Shown: piece by piece, positions 41,148 through 49,584 of the stretch
Numbering within the stretch: position 1 is the first letter of the stretch
Layout of the letters: the number at the start of each line of letters is the position of its first letter
DNA from: a virus
Virus record (IMG/VR): IMGVR_UViG_3300044568_003939
DNA length: 64,000 nucleotides
Strand: one strand, 5' to 3'
Position numbers and translations under genes: made by a program
Notes under the pieces: model-generated
The model's input: the letters and a program-made list of their open reading frames with translations, nothing else
Told to the model about the DNA's origin: nothing
Databases searched by the model: none

Positions 41148-41413
41148 AAGAGGAAACGGTATATCTATACAAACATAAACCATCAGGCCGCTATGCGTGC
41201 ACGCATGTCGATGCTTTAGGAGGAGTACATTTTGTTTATTCGAGTGTTCTTCCACACACCTCTTATTTTTATACTAATGATAGAATGTGTAAAGCTGATC
41301 TGCTTGATAGCGTTGACAGTAATGGAGACCGCTATGCACTAGAGAATTTTCTTGAATTCACATTGTGTAAGTATCGTTTAGAATATCAGCTTATATCTGA
41401 AGATGGGAATTGA
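41144..41413 (+). CDS. hypothetical protein
   Basis: ATGA-coupled ORF. Confidence 0.55.
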   Translation: MKEETVYLYKHKPSGRYACTHVDALGGVHFVYSSVLPHTSYFYTNDRMCKADLLDSVDSNGDRYALENFLEFTLCKYRLEYQLISEDGN

Positions 41414-41675
41414 AACATATACATTAAAATTGACAGCTGAACAATGCAAGAGCATGATTCCCGAAGGATCATATTGCTATACGCGTGATGCTGCTGGCAA
41501 GATGCAACTGTGTCCTTTTTGGGATCGTGACCCTACCAAGCCAACCCAAGAAAATGGCTATTGTGCCTATTTAAAATGCGGAGATTGGGAAGGACCGGGT
41601 CTTGGACTACTGTGGGATCAATGCAAAGAATGCGGCGTCAACGAATACCAACAAGATTACCTAGACGAATTTTAA
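41403..41675 (+). CDS. Cys-rich putative metal-binding protein
   Basis: YCY, CPFW, GYCAYL and DQCKECG motifs. Confidence 0.6.
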   Translation: MGIETYTLKLTAEQCKSMIPEGSYCYTRDAAGKMQLCPFWDRDPTKPTQENGYCAYLKCGDWEGPGLGLLWDQCKECGVNEYQQDYLDEF

Positions 41676-42050
41676 TGAAGAGAGCATGGCGTGTATGGTG
41701 TAAAACCATGGGCAATAAGATTAGTAATGACAGCGGTGAAGCAGATGCTGCAGCAGCTATCAGATCATTCTTTTGGATTATAAATCTAATCACCTGCGGT
41801 TTTATTATAGCAAACGCAATACATCATTGGTAAAAATGGACAACATTATACAAAAAACACTATTAGAGAAATACCCAATCATTATGGGTCGCAAGTATAC
41901 AAGTTGGGGATTAACTGATCGCCATTGTGAAGCTCAACTTGTGTCTGCTGATATTGAAGGCGCTGGTGATTTCATATTAAGAGATGGATCGTGGGAATGG
42001 CGCGGTGGATTTAAAGAGTTTATACATCATTGGGATATTACAACAACATT

Positions 42051-42584
42051 ATGATTAAGAATATATTTTGGGACATTGATGAATGCTTAATGCATACATC
42101 GTTTAATGCAGATTTTGAGGGCCATCACTTTATGTTTACACTTGATGGCGACCGTCACAAGTACCACACAAAGGTGCGCCCAGCTGCTGCATCTCTTATT
42201 GAGTATAGTCGAGAGTTATTAGGGCATGAGAATGTTTATATTCTTACAGCTAGTACTCGAGATTATGCTAGTAAAATATCAGAGCTAGCTGGATGGAACT
42301 TTGATGATAGTCATATTCTTACGCGTGAAACGTTGCAACAACATGAGTATCCGTTAGCATACGGCTCAAGAACAACGCTTCCACATGCGACGCTATCACA
42401 CGCCCACAATGTACTTATTGACAATCTGCATCCCAGACATAACATCGAAAAGATGAGACTGATTGGTATTGATAGCAGCCGCTATCATCATGTGCAAGCA
42501 TACTATGGTATAACCTATCCTGACTGTACATTTGAAAAGGACGTAAAACATTTTCTAAATACACTACACAATGAAGAATACTAA
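42051..42584 (+). CDS. HAD-superfamily (NIF/FCP1-like) phosphatase
   Basis: FWDIDECL, VRP, ILTASTRDYA and LIDN motifs. Confidence 0.75.
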   Translation: MIKNIFWDIDECLMHTSFNADFEGHHFMFTLDGDRHKYHTKVRPAAASLIEYSRELLGHENVYILTASTRDYASKISELAGWNFDDSHILTRETLQQHEYPLAYGSRTTLPHATLSHAHNVLIDNLHPRHNIEKMRLIGIDSSRYHHVQAYYGITYPDCTFEKDVKHFLNTLHNEEY

Positions 42585-42990
42585 ACAGGTAATTGTAATG
42601 CGCAATGATCTAAATATGCGCAAAGGAAAAATGGTTGCACAAGGAGGTCATGCCAGCATGGCATTTCTAACTGAGCGTATGCGCAAAGAGCGCTTAGCAG
42701 TTACACAAGAATATTGGTTTTGTACCGATACCATTTGGAGTGAAACACATGCCGATGAAATTGATCATTGGTTGAAGAATTCTTTCCGAAAGATTGTATG
42801 TTATGTTGACAGCGAAGCCGCTCTTGAAGCTGTTCATGCAGCCGCAAAGGCCGCAGGATTAACCTCACATCTGATAACCGACAACGGTACAACCGAGTTT
42901 GGCGGTGTGCCAACAAAAACCTGCATTGCAATTGGTCCTCATTATGATGATCGCTTCCACGGCGTAACTTCACTACTACCACTCCTATGA
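42571..42990 (+). CDS. pth2: peptidyl-tRNA hydrolase Pth2
   Basis: KQVIVMRNDL.M.KGKMVAQGGHAS, KIV, ITDNGTTEF and TCIAIGP motifs. Confidence 0.93.
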   Translation: MKNTKQVIVMRNDLNMRKGKMVAQGGHASMAFLTERMRKERLAVTQEYWFCTDTIWSETHADEIDHWLKNSFRKIVCYVDSEAALEAVHAAAKAAGLTSHLITDNGTTEFGGVPTKTCIAIGPHYDDRFHGVTSLLPLL

Positions 42991-43445
42991 GCATATTCAA
43001 CAAATACAGCAAACTGCACGGACTCCCTCTGCCTGGGCAAAAGATTACTTTTAAAGCTCCAGCGGAATGGGGATATTTTACCAATGTGATTGAAGATGAA
43101 AAGACTCTTCTTGTGCCAGGGCAAGAATATACTGTAAGAAAAACCAGCCTCAACAGCAGCAGCACTTATGTATATCTGGAAGAATTCTGGGTTGAAGGAT
43201 TGGACGAATATCGCAACAATCAAAAGATGTTTACTATGCAAAGTTTCAGCTGGGAAAAACCACCAATCAACATGGATGATCTTGTAGGCTTTGATGTGCG
43301 TGACTTGACCACTCTGAATCGGGTATACGGTTATGGATTATACATCGATGATGCTGTCTGGTATGATGGAAGCCCAATGCTTCATATCTCCCATAAAGTA
43401 TGCGAACTCGCTGATACAGTGACGGCTGTAAAGATAATGCCGTAA
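42987..43445 (+). CDS. hypothetical protein
   Basis: ATGA-coupled ORF. Confidence 0.6.
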   Translation: MSIFNKYSKLHGLPLPGQKITFKAPAEWGYFTNVIEDEKTLLVPGQEYTVRKTSLNSSSTYVYLEEFWVEGLDEYRNNQKMFTMQSFSWEKPPINMDDLVGFDVRDLTTLNRVYGYGLYIDDAVWYDGSPMLHISHKVCELADTVTAVKIMP

Positions 43446-43549
43446 CTCATTGAAAATCAACAAAAACACAAAAAAATGCATGCATTTTTTCCTTTACAAG
43501 ACGCTTTTTTTAGTGTATAATAATCTCGTAAGGCAAACCACTACTGATT
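43441..43549 (+). promoter_or_regulatory. promoter cassette copy
   Basis: CGTAACTCATTGAAAATCAA; TTTACA 43493; TATAAT 43516; GTAAGGCAAACCACTAC. Confidence 0.85.
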
Positions 43550-43633
43550 ATGACCAATATGAAATACGACATTGAAGATTCTCCAAATGACTCACCGTGC
43601 GGCTGCGAAGATGCACCATGCTGCGGTTGTTAA
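43550..43633 (+). CDS. 27-aa Cys-rich micropeptide (not in ORF track)
   Basis: MTNMKYDIEDSPNDSPCGCEDAPCCGC*; first ATG behind the cassette leader. Confidence 0.6.
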   Translation: MTNMKYDIEDSPNDSPCGCEDAPCCGC

Positions 43634-43652
43634 TCACTAATATAATAAGAGT

Positions 43653-43841
43653 ATGAAAGAAATCATTTATAACACCCGCGAAGAAGCAGCAGGAGCCTGC
43701 AAAGCTTATGTTGAAGCTATGTATGATCTTCGTGAACGCTTAGGCATTTTTGAGACATGTGATGATAGCTGCGTTGAAAGTTACGTTCATGCTAAATGGC
43801 GTTGCGAGGATGGAGCAATTGTTGAATATACTCATTGGTAA
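43653..43841 (+). CDS. hypothetical protein
   Basis: ORF in the operon. Confidence 0.55.
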   Translation: MKEIIYNTREEAAGACKAYVEAMYDLRERLGIFETCDDSCVESYVHAKWRCEDGAIVEYTHW

Positions 43842-43863
43842 GAAACTCTAATACAATAAAATT

Positions 43864-44250
43864 ATGACATGGATTGAAATTACATTTTTTATACTACTCC
43901 CGTTGACCTTTTCCCTTGGATTCGCCATGGATATGAGTGGTGATTCAACCTCTCCAGCATGTATTCTTTTACCATTAATGTTTTCAGCGATGTTTGGGTT
44001 GATGCCAGCTACGATTGTAGATGCTAATACAGAGACAACCTTTATTAAAGAAGTACCTGTAAAAATCCTATCAAATGTTATGATTAATAATAAAATGGTC
44101 ATCATCACAGATAGTGTTGACGAAATAGTGTTCAGCGAGTATAAAGATATCGTCAATATGAATGCTGGTAAAGGTCTAGTCAAAAGATACTATGAGAAAA
44201 ATGTATACTATGGTTTTAACAGTAAATGGAACGCAATTGAAATAAAATAA
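43864..44250 (+). CDS. hypothetical membrane protein
   Basis: Two N-terminal hydrophobic segments. Confidence 0.55.
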   Translation: MTWIEITFFILLPLTFSLGFAMDMSGDSTSPACILLPLMFSAMFGLMPATIVDANTETTFIKEVPVKILSNVMINNKMVIITDSVDEIVFSEYKDIVNMNAGKGLVKRYYEKNVYYGFNSKWNAIEIK

Positions 44251-44251
44251 T

Positions 44252-44452
44252 ATGACTGAAACACTACATTGTGAAGCAATTAAACTAAAACTTGTTGGCC
44301 TTGACGGTAATGCATTCTCACTCATGGGAGCATTTCAAAAAGCAGCTCGGCAGCAAGGGCGCACAGCTGCTGAAATTAAAGCTGTGTTGGATGATTGCAT
44401 GAGTGGTGACTATGATCACCTGCTGCAGACTCTAGTAAAGCATACCATTTGA
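44252..44452 (+). CDS. phage hypothetical protein
   Basis: LVGLDGNAFSLMG...SGDYDHLL motif. Confidence 0.7.
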   Translation: MTETLHCEAIKLKLVGLDGNAFSLMGAFQKAARQQGRTAAEIKAVLDDCMSGDYDHLLQTLVKHTI

Positions 44453-44456
44453 TAAT

Positions 44457-44702
44457 ATGACCAACAGTGACACAATATTATTACTACACCGAGCCGAAGC
44501 GGCAGAACTAAAAGCAGCTGCAGCAGAGGATGCATTGCGCGACATTGCGCTTTTCCTCAGCTGTGGTGGATATAACGATGTGGGACTTGTAGAATTTGAC
44601 CCAGTACACTATGCTAAGAAGATCATGGAAACCATCACGCACGATCAAAAGGTTCTTCTAGAAAAAAGCCACTTCCCAAAAACCGATAGGATTCTCTGCT
44701 AA
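44457..44702 (+). CDS. hypothetical protein
   Basis: ORF in the operon. Confidence 0.55.
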   Translation: MTNSDTILLLHRAEAAELKAAAAEDALRDIALFLSCGGYNDVGLVEFDPVHYAKKIMETITHDQKVLLEKSHFPKTDRILC

Positions 44703-44717
44703 CACAACAATACGATT

Positions 44718-44852
44718 ATGCTTGAAATACTTAAATTCGTCTTCTCTTCATTTTGGATCTGGCTAGGCACCATGTTTCTTATTTGTGCAATTGGCACGGC
44801 ACTTAATGCTGTAATTGTAGCCTTTCGCGGTAAAGCTGTTAGCCTTCTCTAA
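44718..44852 (+). CDS. 44-aa membrane peptide (not in ORF track)
   Basis: MLEILKFVFSSFWIWLGTMFLICAIG...; fills the gap in the operon. Confidence 0.45.
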   Translation: MLEILKFVFSSFWIWLGTMFLICAIGTALNAVIVAFRGKAVSLL

Positions 44853-44905
44853 AAGAAAAATACATCCTCGCCAAATACATTTTAGAAAACCAATAAATTA
44901 TCAAT

Positions 44906-45181
44906 ATGAAACTACTGCCACTAATCCTTGCATCAGCATTACTATTATCATGCACAGAAAACCAACGAGCTAAGGCCTTTGGCGGAAACATGAATGTAGA
45001 CGTTCCACTTGGAAACAAATTTGTTATTGCAACTTGGAAGACGTCTAAAGAAGGCAATTCTTCATTATGGTATACTACGCGACCTATGCGTGAAGGAGAA
45101 GTGCCTGAGACATGGACAATGCGCGAGCAAAGCGACTTTGGTGTATGGGAAGGCACTGTAACATTTAAAGAAAGCAAATAA
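44906..45181 (+). CDS. putative lipoprotein
   Basis: Signal peptide with lipobox LLSC. Confidence 0.65.
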   Translation: MKLLPLILASALLLSCTENQRAKAFGGNMNVDVPLGNKFVIATWKTSKEGNSSLWYTTRPMREGEVPETWTMREQSDFGVWEGTVTFKESK

Positions 45182-45186
45182 CACTT

Positions 45187-45483
45187 ATGATTCCACTTAT
45201 CTCAGTCGCTATCACACATCACTTTAAAGAAACATCTGACGTTGAATTGCGCTTCAACCATCGGTCTAGCAATGCATACCGCACACAAGTATATGACGTA
45301 TTTGCTGATGGCGCTCTATTGATGGAGTCATTGCGCATAGCAGAAATGATTCTCGACTTTCGTAAAGAATCAGGCTGGAGCGATGATCGCATTCAAGCAG
45401 AAATGACAACCATTCTAATAGGCTATATTACAGCTGCAATGAATCGTGACGAACTATCTGATGAAACAGTAACCAATGATTAA
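45187..45483 (+). CDS. hypothetical protein
   Basis: ORF in the operon. Confidence 0.55.
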   Translation: MIPLISVAITHHFKETSDVELRFNHRSSNAYRTQVYDVFADGALLMESLRIAEMILDFRKESGWSDDRIQAEMTTILIGYITAAMNRDELSDETVTND

Positions 45484-46135
45484 TACGCTAGTCATTAGCG
45501 ATGTTCACTTGGGCACCAGTGTAAGTCAAAAAGAAAAGGTGCTGCAGGTACTGAACTTTAAATTTAACACACTCGTCATCAATGGAGACTTGTTTGACAA
45601 CTATTCATTTCATCGCTATGATAAAAAGGATTGGAAGATTCTTAGCAAAATTCGCAAGCTATCAAAAAGTCATCATGTGGTATTGGTATACGGCAATCAT
45701 GATGAAGACGCAGAATTCTTGAGCGCAATAGCTGGCATGGATTTGGTTGATCATTATGCTATAGAGATAAACGGCGTAAAGTTTCGCATAGAGCACGGCC
45801 ATAACTATGATGAGTGGATCAGCGAACGCCCATTCATTACATGGTTCTTTACTGGAGCATACTACTGGATTCAAAAGTTTGATCGTCGCCATCGCTTTAC
45901 ACGCAAGATCAAACAGCTTAGCAAATCATGGATTAGAGCTAAGGATACTATTCGTGAAAGGTTTGTTCAAAAGCATGGCCGTGCGCACGATGTATTGTTA
46001 GCTGGTCATACACACTATCCTGAAGTACGCGTTTATGCCAATTGCACCTATGCCAACAGCGGAAGCTTTTGCGATGAAACATGTTCATACATTGAGATAT
46101 ATGATGACGGAAATTTTAAATTAAAATACATATGA
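45476..46135 (+). CDS. calcineurin-like metallophosphoesterase (LpxH-like)
   Basis: SDVHLG, NGDLFD, GNHD, HG and GHTH motifs. Confidence 0.88.
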   Translation: MINTLVISDVHLGTSVSQKEKVLQVLNFKFNTLVINGDLFDNYSFHRYDKKDWKILSKIRKLSKSHHVVLVYGNHDEDAEFLSAIAGMDLVDHYAIEINGVKFRIEHGHNYDEWISERPFITWFFTGAYYWIQKFDRRHRFTRKIKQLSKSWIRAKDTIRERFVQKHGRAHDVLLAGHTHYPEVRVYANCTYANSGSFCDETCSYIEIYDDGNFKLKYI

Positions 46136-46701
46136 AAAGACTGATACTATTATTTACCAACAGCTATGCACGTTCCTGTCTTTACTGGAGCATTCGTGGT
46201 TTCTTTATTCCACAGCAGCGTTGGCTTACACGAGTCATCCCGCGCACATACTGTGATAAAGTCGAATTGGTACCGCGTGTATTGTTTGCAATCCTAATTG
46301 ACTTTGTAGAGAAAGAAAAAGGATTGAGTCAACTTGACACCGATTGGAGTAAAGAACTTGCGGCTGGTCACATTACACAAGAATATATTGATGATATCCA
46401 GAAAACATATGGCGAATTGCGTGATGCCTATAATTATGTTAAACATGAACGTGATGCAATGCAAGCTGCGCATGATGACAGCTACCCAAAGATGCTTCCT
46501 GGTGTTCATGGCGTATTTGAAGAGCCAACGTTTGATGCCGCAGGAAACAAATCAAGATGTATGCGTTCATGCGAAACGCTGTATGGTATGAGTTTTGCTG
46601 AAGCATACGCTGAAACAAATCGTCTAGAATCTTTGATTGAACAGCGTGATCAAGATGCAATGACGACCATTGTGCGACATGTAAAAGTCCTTTGGACATA
46701 A
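46132..46701 (+). CDS. hypothetical protein (paralog of 50019-50357)
   Basis: ATGA-coupled; shares motifs with the 50019 ORF. Confidence 0.6.
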   Translation: MKRLILLFTNSYARSCLYWSIRGFFIPQQRWLTRVIPRTYCDKVELVPRVLFAILIDFVEKEKGLSQLDTDWSKELAAGHITQEYIDDIQKTYGELRDAYNYVKHERDAMQAAHDDSYPKMLPGVHGVFEEPTFDAAGNKSRCMRSCETLYGMSFAEAYAETNRLESLIEQRDQDAMTTIVRHVKVLWT

Positions 46702-46889
46702 ATGCTTTGATAAATAATTTTGTAGGAAATCTACAAAACAAATGGAGACTGCTATGTTAGCTGACTCTACACTCGTGTGAGACTATAGCGAAAGTTGAGT
46801 CTATACACAAAGCGGAGAAGAGTATGAAATGTGGTATGATACTCTCTCTGAAACCAAAACAAAATAAAATACCACAACCCAACAACACA

Positions 46890-47324
46890 ATGAAAAGAAT
46901 AGCAATATCCCTAGCATTGGTGCTGTCTCTGTTCAGTTGCTCGCCTGTCTCTATTGCCGAAACGGCACGTTTAGATACAATAACAGTTGTACACATAGTA
47001 AGAGCCCGCATTACATATTACTGCCCTGGACAAGATCGTTGGGGCAGCCGCGTAGCATCGCCAGCCGTTAAGGCAGCACGTCAAGGAATAACTGTAGCTG
47101 CGCATCCAGACTTTAAGTTTGGAACGCGCGTGTATATTCCTGCACTGAAGAACAAGATTGATGACGGGAAATTTACCGTTCAAGATCGTGGATCTGCTGT
47201 AACAAGCAAAAAGGCAGCGCGCGGAAAAGCATATGTGTTTGATGTATTTGTTGCATCAAACCGAGCCATAAGTCATATGTCAAAAACCACACCGGCGTGG
47301 ACTGACGTTTACATCTTAAACTGA
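46890..47324 (+). CDS. exported 3D-domain (MltA-like) peptidoglycan-active protein
   Basis: Signal peptide with LFSC; ITYY, TVAAHP..FGTRVYI, VQDRGSA and FDVFV motifs. Confidence 0.75.
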   Translation: MKRIAISLALVLSLFSCSPVSIAETARLDTITVVHIVRARITYYCPGQDRWGSRVASPAVKAARQGITVAAHPDFKFGTRVYIPALKNKIDDGKFTVQDRGSAVTSKKAARGKAYVFDVFVASNRAISHMSKTTPAWTDVYILN

Positions 47325-47355
47325 AAAATGTCTGTGGCTTAAACCACAGTCCGAA

Positions 47356-47394
47356 AAAGGCATGAAATCTCTGAAAATGGGATTTCATGCCTTT
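47356..47394 (+). terminator. terminator hairpin
   Basis: AAAGGCATGAAATC...GATTTCATGCCTTT. Confidence 0.75.
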
Positions 47395-47469
47395 ATGCTT
47401 AATCTGCTGGGCAATCCGCTGTAAAGAAGCTGCAAATCCTCTGAATTTCCGCTCAAAAATGGTCATTTG

Positions 47470-47581
47470 CGTAACTCGTTGATTTTCAATGGCCAAAAAA
47501 ATATGCATTTTTCTTCATTTTTTCCTTTACAAGTCCTGAAAAATATGGTATAATAATTCTGTAAGGAAACCATAAAATATT
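47470..47581 (+). promoter_or_regulatory. promoter cassette copy
   Basis: CGTAACTCGTTGATTTTCAA; TTTACA 47526; TATAAT 47549; GTAAGGAAACCA. Confidence 0.85.
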
Positions 47582-47674
47582 ATGCAAAACGCCGCTTTAG
47601 AACTTGCCGCAATCGCGCTCATTCTTGCAACGTTTTTTGTCTCAACGTTTTTTGCTTCTGAAACAAAACAATGA
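47582..47674 (+). CDS. 30-aa single-TM peptide (not in ORF track)
   Basis: MQNAALELAAIALILATFFVSTFFASETKQ* directly behind the cassette leader. Confidence 0.55.
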   Translation: MQNAALELAAIALILATFFVSTFFASETKQ

Positions 47675-47683
47675 ATTTTGTCC

Positions 47684-47744
47684 TTTACAAGAGCGACAAA
47701 AGTTGATACAATAACACCGTAAGGAAACCAAATAAACACACATT
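47684..47744 (+). promoter_or_regulatory. promoter cassette copy (core + leader)
   Basis: TTTACA-N17-TACAAT; GTAAGGAAACCA. Confidence 0.8.
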
Positions 47745-48134
47745 ATGATGACAAAAGTAAATGAAATGATTGACGCCCTCAATGCACAACCCAACGCCTC
47801 CGCTGGTTTTTCAGCAAAGACACTTTACCAGACCGGCCAACAATACGGCCTTACTTGTAAGGAAGTTCTGGAAACATTCCTAGGCAAAGAAAAAGCAATC
47901 TCTCGTGGCCTTTATGCCGCGACACTTGATGCTGACGTGAAGATTGTCAAGGCTGCTGCAAAGAAAGCAACAAAACCTGCTGCAAAGAAAGCAACAAAAC
48001 CTGCTGCAAAGAAAGCAGCGAAACTTGTTAAGGCTGCAAAAACTGAAGCGATCGCCAATGATTATGCTGACACTGATTTTGACGGTGTTTGCTATATTGC
48101 AACTCCTGAGGAAATCGCCGAGAGCGAACGTTGA
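47745..48134 (+). CDS. histone H1-like (PAAKK repeat) protein
   Basis: KAAAKKATKPAAKKATKPAAKKAAK; N-terminus resembles the CobS N-domain. Confidence 0.7.
   Translation: MMTKVNEMIDALNAQPNASAGFSAKTLYQTGQQYGLTCKEVLETFLGKEKAISRGLYAATLDADVKIVKAAAKKATKPAAKKATKPAAKKAAKLVKAAKTEAIANDYADTDFDGVCYIATPEEIAESER
47953..48017 (+). repeat. 24-bp tandem repeat, about 2.7 copies
   Basis: CTGCTGCAAAGAAAGCAACAAAAC repeated. Confidence 0.9.
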
Positions 48135-48285
48135 AAACACACAAATCAACAACACCAACCAACGAAAATGAGTGGAGGACACTTCCAATATCAGCACCGG
48201 CTGATGGTGATAGGGACATCCGTGATCGATGCAACCAGTTATCCAGAGAACGTCGATCGGGAGGCTCGCAGTGAAAGCTGAACCT

Positions 48286-48630
48286 ATGGAAACCACTACC
48301 ACCGGGAAACCAACGCCAGAGACCGACCAAGCCGTGCGCGAGGCATTGCCTCTCACGATTTGTTCGGCTCTTGTTGTCCACTGCAAGAAGTCTAAGCACG
48401 ACATATACATCGGAAGACCGTCCAAATGGGGAAACCCGTTCGAGATTGGGAAAGATGGCGACCGAGAAGAGGTAATTCAAAAATACTGCGAATGGGTAAT
48501 GGCTCAGCCTGATCTCATGGCCGCACTGCCTGAGTTGTGCGGGAAAGTGTTGGGATGTTGGTGCGCTCCTAAAGCGTGTCACGGCGATGTGCTTGTCTCT
48601 CTTGCAAACCCCCCGACACAAAGACAATGA
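48286..48630 (+). CDS. DUF4326-like protein
   Basis: IYIGRPSKWGNPF and GKVLGCWCAPKACHGDVL motifs. Confidence 0.85.
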   Translation: METTTTGKPTPETDQAVREALPLTICSALVVHCKKSKHDIYIGRPSKWGNPFEIGKDGDREEVIQKYCEWVMAQPDLMAALPELCGKVLGCWCAPKACHGDVLVSLANPPTQRQ

Positions 48631-48842
48631 AACTGAATCAGACTGAACTATACGCCGCACTTGACAAACTCATCGACCGCATCGAGGGATGCGGCACGTC
48701 AACCGAACTCACGAACGCCGTCGTCCTCGCCTCTGATATACGGCAGGCCGTTGGGAACGAATGGAACGTCCCGAACGAATTTGCCGCAACGCGGGTGCGA
48801 CGGATTCTTCCTGAGAACGTCGAGGTGACTCGCGACAAATGA
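48627..48842 (+). CDS. hypothetical protein
   Basis: ATGA-coupled to the DUF4326 gene. Confidence 0.55.
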   Translation: MKLNQTELYAALDKLIDRIEGCGTSTELTNAVVLASDIRQAVGNEWNVPNEFAATRVRRILPENVEVTRDK

Positions 48843-48879
48843 GCCACGAATCAACAACAGACGTTACGCATTTTTTTCC

Positions 48880-48934
48880 TTTACAAGCTTGCATAAATGG
48901 TGTATAATAATCATGTAAGGAAATAAATTACATT
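48880..48934 (+). promoter_or_regulatory. promoter cassette copy (core + leader)
   Basis: TTTACA-N17-TATAAT; GTAAGGAAA...CATT-ATG. Confidence 0.8.
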
Positions 48935-49159
48935 ATGAAAACTATTTGGAAACTATATTACCGCTTGACTCTAGGGCAATCATACGAGAAGGCCTTCAGC
49001 ACATCAAAAAATTACAACAAAATGATTCATCAGTCAACACACGCAAAACTCAATCATTTTTACAATGCCCAAGGTGAAACAATTCGTGGATGGGCCAAGC
49101 CGCAAATCAGATCTAATGATAGCCGTAATATGCATCCACTAGAAATTAAATACCGCTAA
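48935..49159 (+). CDS. small early hypothetical protein
   Basis: First ORF behind a cassette promoter. Confidence 0.6.
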   Translation: MKTIWKLYYRLTLGQSYEKAFSTSKNYNKMIHQSTHAKLNHFYNAQGETIRGWAKPQIRSNDSRNMHPLEIKYR

Positions 49160-49160
49160 A

Positions 49161-49424
49161 TTGTTAGAACCAATAATTATGAAAGGTAAATTTTTTAGAT
49201 GTGACTGCGGAAGTGAAGGTCTATGGGTGGAGTATGACGGTTATGGCAGCACTGAGTTTGCGCTGTTCCATTATAATCCACAAGAACGTTCATGGTGCAA
49301 TCGTATTAGATTAGCGTGGCAATGTCTTAAGGGCAAACCGTATACTGATATGGTATTACTCAATGATCAAAGCATTGCAGATCTCGTAGATCAATTAATC
49401 AATATTCAAAACCGTGAAGTTTGA
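49161..49424 (+). CDS. hypothetical protein
   Basis: FRCDCGSE motif. Confidence 0.55.
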   Translation: MLEPIIMKGKFFRCDCGSEGLWVEYDGYGSTEFALFHYNPQERSWCNRIRLAWQCLKGKPYTDMVLLNDQSIADLVDQLINIQNREV

Positions 49425-49584
49425 AGACATCATGGTTACAATAGTATTCTTTCTGTATGCGGCAGTGGGAATTAGTTATGTAGCACAAAAGAATTACCCA
49501 TGGGCACTCATTTGGTTTAGTTATGCAGCTGCAAACCTGGGACTCATCTGGGCGGCCAACACTAAACTTTGATATAATAAAATT

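Noticed and set aside
22818-48934. Dispersed repeats read as CRISPR, IS ends or att sites
   Set aside because: Irregular kb-scale spacing, no cas/transposase/integrase gene, and each copy contains promoter elements.
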